DNA of 48,006 nucleotides from a virus (Duplodnaviria; Heunggongvirae; Uroviricota; Caudoviricetes): IMG/VR virus record IMGVR_UViG_2671180673_000006; one strand, 5' to 3'. Shown piece by piece: positions 46,301 to 48,006 of this stretch (position 1 is its first letter; each line of letters starts with the position of its first letter). The notes under the pieces were generated by a model. It saw only the letters and a program-made list of their open reading frames with translations, ran no database searches and was not told where the DNA came from. The position numbers and the translations under genes were made by a program.

Positions 46301-46376
46301 CACCGTTAACGCTGCTGGTAACGCGGAAAACACCGTCAAAAACATCGCATTTAACTATATTGTGAGGCTTGCATAA
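43302..46376 (+). CDS. stf: side tail fibre protein (Stf-like) with long Ala/Ser/Thr-rich repeat region
   Basis: 1024 aa from ATG 43302 (in-frame GTG at 43296); N-terminal [26 protein letters not shown]... as lambda Stf; His-rich C-terminal repeats (...HTHS...GAHAHT...). Confidence 0.8.
43650..44740. repeat. low-complexity tandem coding repeats inside stf
   Basis: About 1.1 kb of reiterated GC-rich units encoding ...KTSETNA.../...SAAS...; generates spurious long ORFs in other frames on both strands. Confidence 0.5.
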
Positions 46377-46960
46377 TGGCATTCAGAATGAGTGAACAAC
46401 CACGGACCATAAAAATTTATAATCTGCTGGCCGGAACTAATGAATTTATTGGTGAAGGTGATGCATATATTCCGCCTCATACAGGTCTGCCAGCAAACAG
46501 TACCGATATTGCACCGCCAGATATTCCGGCTGGCTTCGTGGCTGTTTTCAACAGTGATGAGTCATCGTGGCATCTCGTTGAAGATCATCGGGGTAAAACG
46601 GTTTATGACGTGGCTTCCGGCGACGCGTTATTTATTTCTGAACTCGGTCCGTTACCGGAAAATGTTACCTGGTTATCGCCGGAAGGGGAGTTTCAGAAGT
46701 GGAACGGCACAGCCTGGGTGAAGGATACGGAAGCAGAAAAACTGTTCCGGATCCGGGAGGCGGAAGAAACAAAAAACAACCTGATGCAGGTAGCCAGTGA
46801 GCATATTGCGCCGCTTCAGGATGCTGCAGATCTGGAAATTGCAACGGAGGAAGAAACCTCATTGCTGGAAGCCTGGAAAAAGTATCGGGTGTTGCTGAAC
46901 CGTGTTGATACATCAACTGCACCTGATATTGAGTGGCCTACGAACCCTGTCAGGGAGTAA
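46376..46960 (+). CDS. tfa: tail fibre assembly protein (Tfa)
   Basis: 194 aa; ATG overlaps the stf stop (TAATG); conserved C-terminal ...[47 protein letters not shown]... Confidence 0.8.
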   Translation: MAFRMSEQPRTIKIYNLLAGTNEFIGEGDAYIPPHTGLPANSTDIAPPDIPAGFVAVFNSDESSWHLVEDHRGKTVYDVASGDALFISELGPLPENVTWLSPEGEFQKWNGTAWVKDTEAEKLFRIREAEETKNNLMQVASEHIAPLQDAADLEIATEEETSLLEAWKKYRVLLNRVDTSTAPDIEWPTNPVRE

Positions 46961-46972
46961 TCATTGGGATTA

Positions 46973-47007
46973 TGCCGCAGCACGTCTTAAGCAAGAACGT
47001 GCTGCGG
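46973..47007. terminator. hairpin with T-run between convergent tfa and methyltransferase genes
   Basis: CCGCAGCACG...CGTGCTGCGG inverted repeat followed by ...GCTATTTTTT. Confidence 0.4.
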
Positions 47008-47014
47008 TTGGATG

Positions 47015-47683
47015 CTATTTTTTCCCTGAAGCGGAAAACATTACTACAGTACCTTGAACCTTGGTTTTAACATTCTCGAAATGCTCTGAGAGTATATGTG
47101 TTAAGCCTTCTTCGGAATCTTTTGTGTTTGAAAAGATGCCTTTCTGATTGTAAATGCGCATCAGTTTTTGACCGAAGCTATTGTGCACAACTCCATCGCC
47201 AAGAATTGTGGCTCCGTATAGAGTTCCATCGTCAGTTAAGGCCTGCGCCGCATTGCGTATTACACAGCTTTTTGTAGATATATTTCCAGGCAGGCAGTGA
47301 AGAAGGTAAAACATGGAAATGGAATCAAATTGACCATGTAACGCCGCGGGATAAGGTTCAAAAACATCATGGCTAATTTTATGTTTAATTTTTGATTCCC
47401 CAGCCCTTGTAGATGCCGCGTTCAGGCTAGCTTCGTTCAAATCCATTAAAGATATCAGACTACTCTCAGGTACGTGAGTAAGGTAAAACCCAGTTCCAAC
47501 ACCAATATCCAGATGGTTGTTACCTACATGTTCCAGAAAGTGTGGAAGAAGGTGTTCCTTTGTAGGACATCCCCATGCAAGCCGATTTGATACTCCCAAA
47601 ACCCACCAGTCATAAAGCTTTAGGGTAAGTGGTGTGTAAATTTTAGCCCCATCATCTGTGTTTTTTTTCATTGATTTCACCAT
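47015..47683 (-). CDS. class I SAM-dependent methyltransferase (accessory gene)
   Basis: 222 aa (start 47683 or 47671); motif I ...LDIGVGTGFYL... of Rossmann-fold methyltransferases; clearly AT-rich versus the tail genes; opposite orientation. Confidence 0.65.
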   Translation of the reverse strand: MVKSMKKNTDDGAKIYTPLTLKLYDWWVLGVSNRLAWGCPTKEHLLPHFLEHVGNNHLDIGVGTGFYLTHVPESSLISLMDLNEASLNAASTRAGESKIKHKISHDVFEPYPAALHGQFDSISMFYLLHCLPGNISTKSCVIRNAAQALTDDGTLYGATILGDGVVHNSFGQKLMRIYNQKGIFSNTKDSEEGLTHILSEHFENVKTKVQGTVVMFSASGKK

Positions 47684-47739
47684 GTTATAGTTTTATTTGT
47701 GAATTAAATCAATTATGGCGATGAATTACAAGGGGTTAA

Positions 47740-48006
47740 ATGCTGCCGCAGCATAGCGATATTGAAATAGCCTGGTATGCTTCGATACAGCAGGAGCCGA
47801 ATGNCTGGAAGACCGTCACCACACAGTTCNACATCCAGGAATTCAGTGAGTATATTGCGCCACTGCAGGATGCTGTAGATCTGGAAATCGCAACGGCGGA
47901 AGAAAGATCGTTGCTGGAGGCATGGAATAAATATCGGGTATTGTTGAATCGTGTTGATACATCAACTGCACCTGATATTGAGTGGCCGACTTCACCTGCA
48001 GAGTAA
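47740..48006 (+). CDS. tail fibre assembly protein C-terminal paralog (truncated tfa-like ORF)
   Basis: 88 aa ending at the window edge with TAA; C-terminal about 50 aa near-duplicate of Tfa (...[47 protein letters not shown]...); N-terminus unrelated; contains n bases. Confidence 0.5.
   Translation: MLPQHSDIEIAWYASIQQEPNXWKTVTTQFXIQEFSEYIAPLQDAVDLEIATAEERSLLEAWNKYRVLLNRVDTSTAPDIEWPTSPAE

Overview
This window is almost entirely one near-complete lambdoid prophage, running from the integrase end (attL side, about 1-74) to the tail-fibre end; the right attachment site is not in the window. Order: int-xis and leftward early genes (75-6405, minus strand; YfdP/Q/R/S-like module and Ea22-like protein, no recognisable exo/bet/gam recombinase); an ORF-free structured region (6406-7147); cI/cro immunity genes with operator-like palindromes; CII-like, Rha, replication initiator with embedded iterons, Dam methylase, RusA, KilA-N, DUF968 and antiterminator Q (8145-15517); tR'-like terminator, a truncated methylase ORF, three tRNA genes and a NanS-p-type esterase in the arrangement I recall from Stx phages but with no stx genes (15586-18691); a lysis cassette (holin, SAR endolysin, Rz/Rz1) interrupted by a 296-aa ORF of unknown function; an AT-rich accessory patch (TonB-C-like lipoprotein plus two divergent small ORFs); a lambda-like cos site; and a lambda-syntenic head and tail module Nu1-A-W-B-C-D-E-FI-FII-Z-U-V-G/T-H-M-L-K-I-J-lom-stf-tfa (23603-46960), followed by an AT-rich SAM-methyltransferase gene and a tfa C-terminal duplicate. 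All calls rest on reading the ORF translations and the DNA by eye against remembered families; no database search was run. Ambiguous bases (n) are scattered through about 23.9-40.9 kb and near 47.8 kb, so frames there are less certain. The best candidates for something undescribed are the 296-aa ORF inside the lysis cassette, the TonB-C-like lipoprotein and neighbouring divergent small-protein pair, the N-less structured early-left leader, and the methyltransferase at the tail-fibre end. No CRISPR array, IS element or stx toxin gene was seen.
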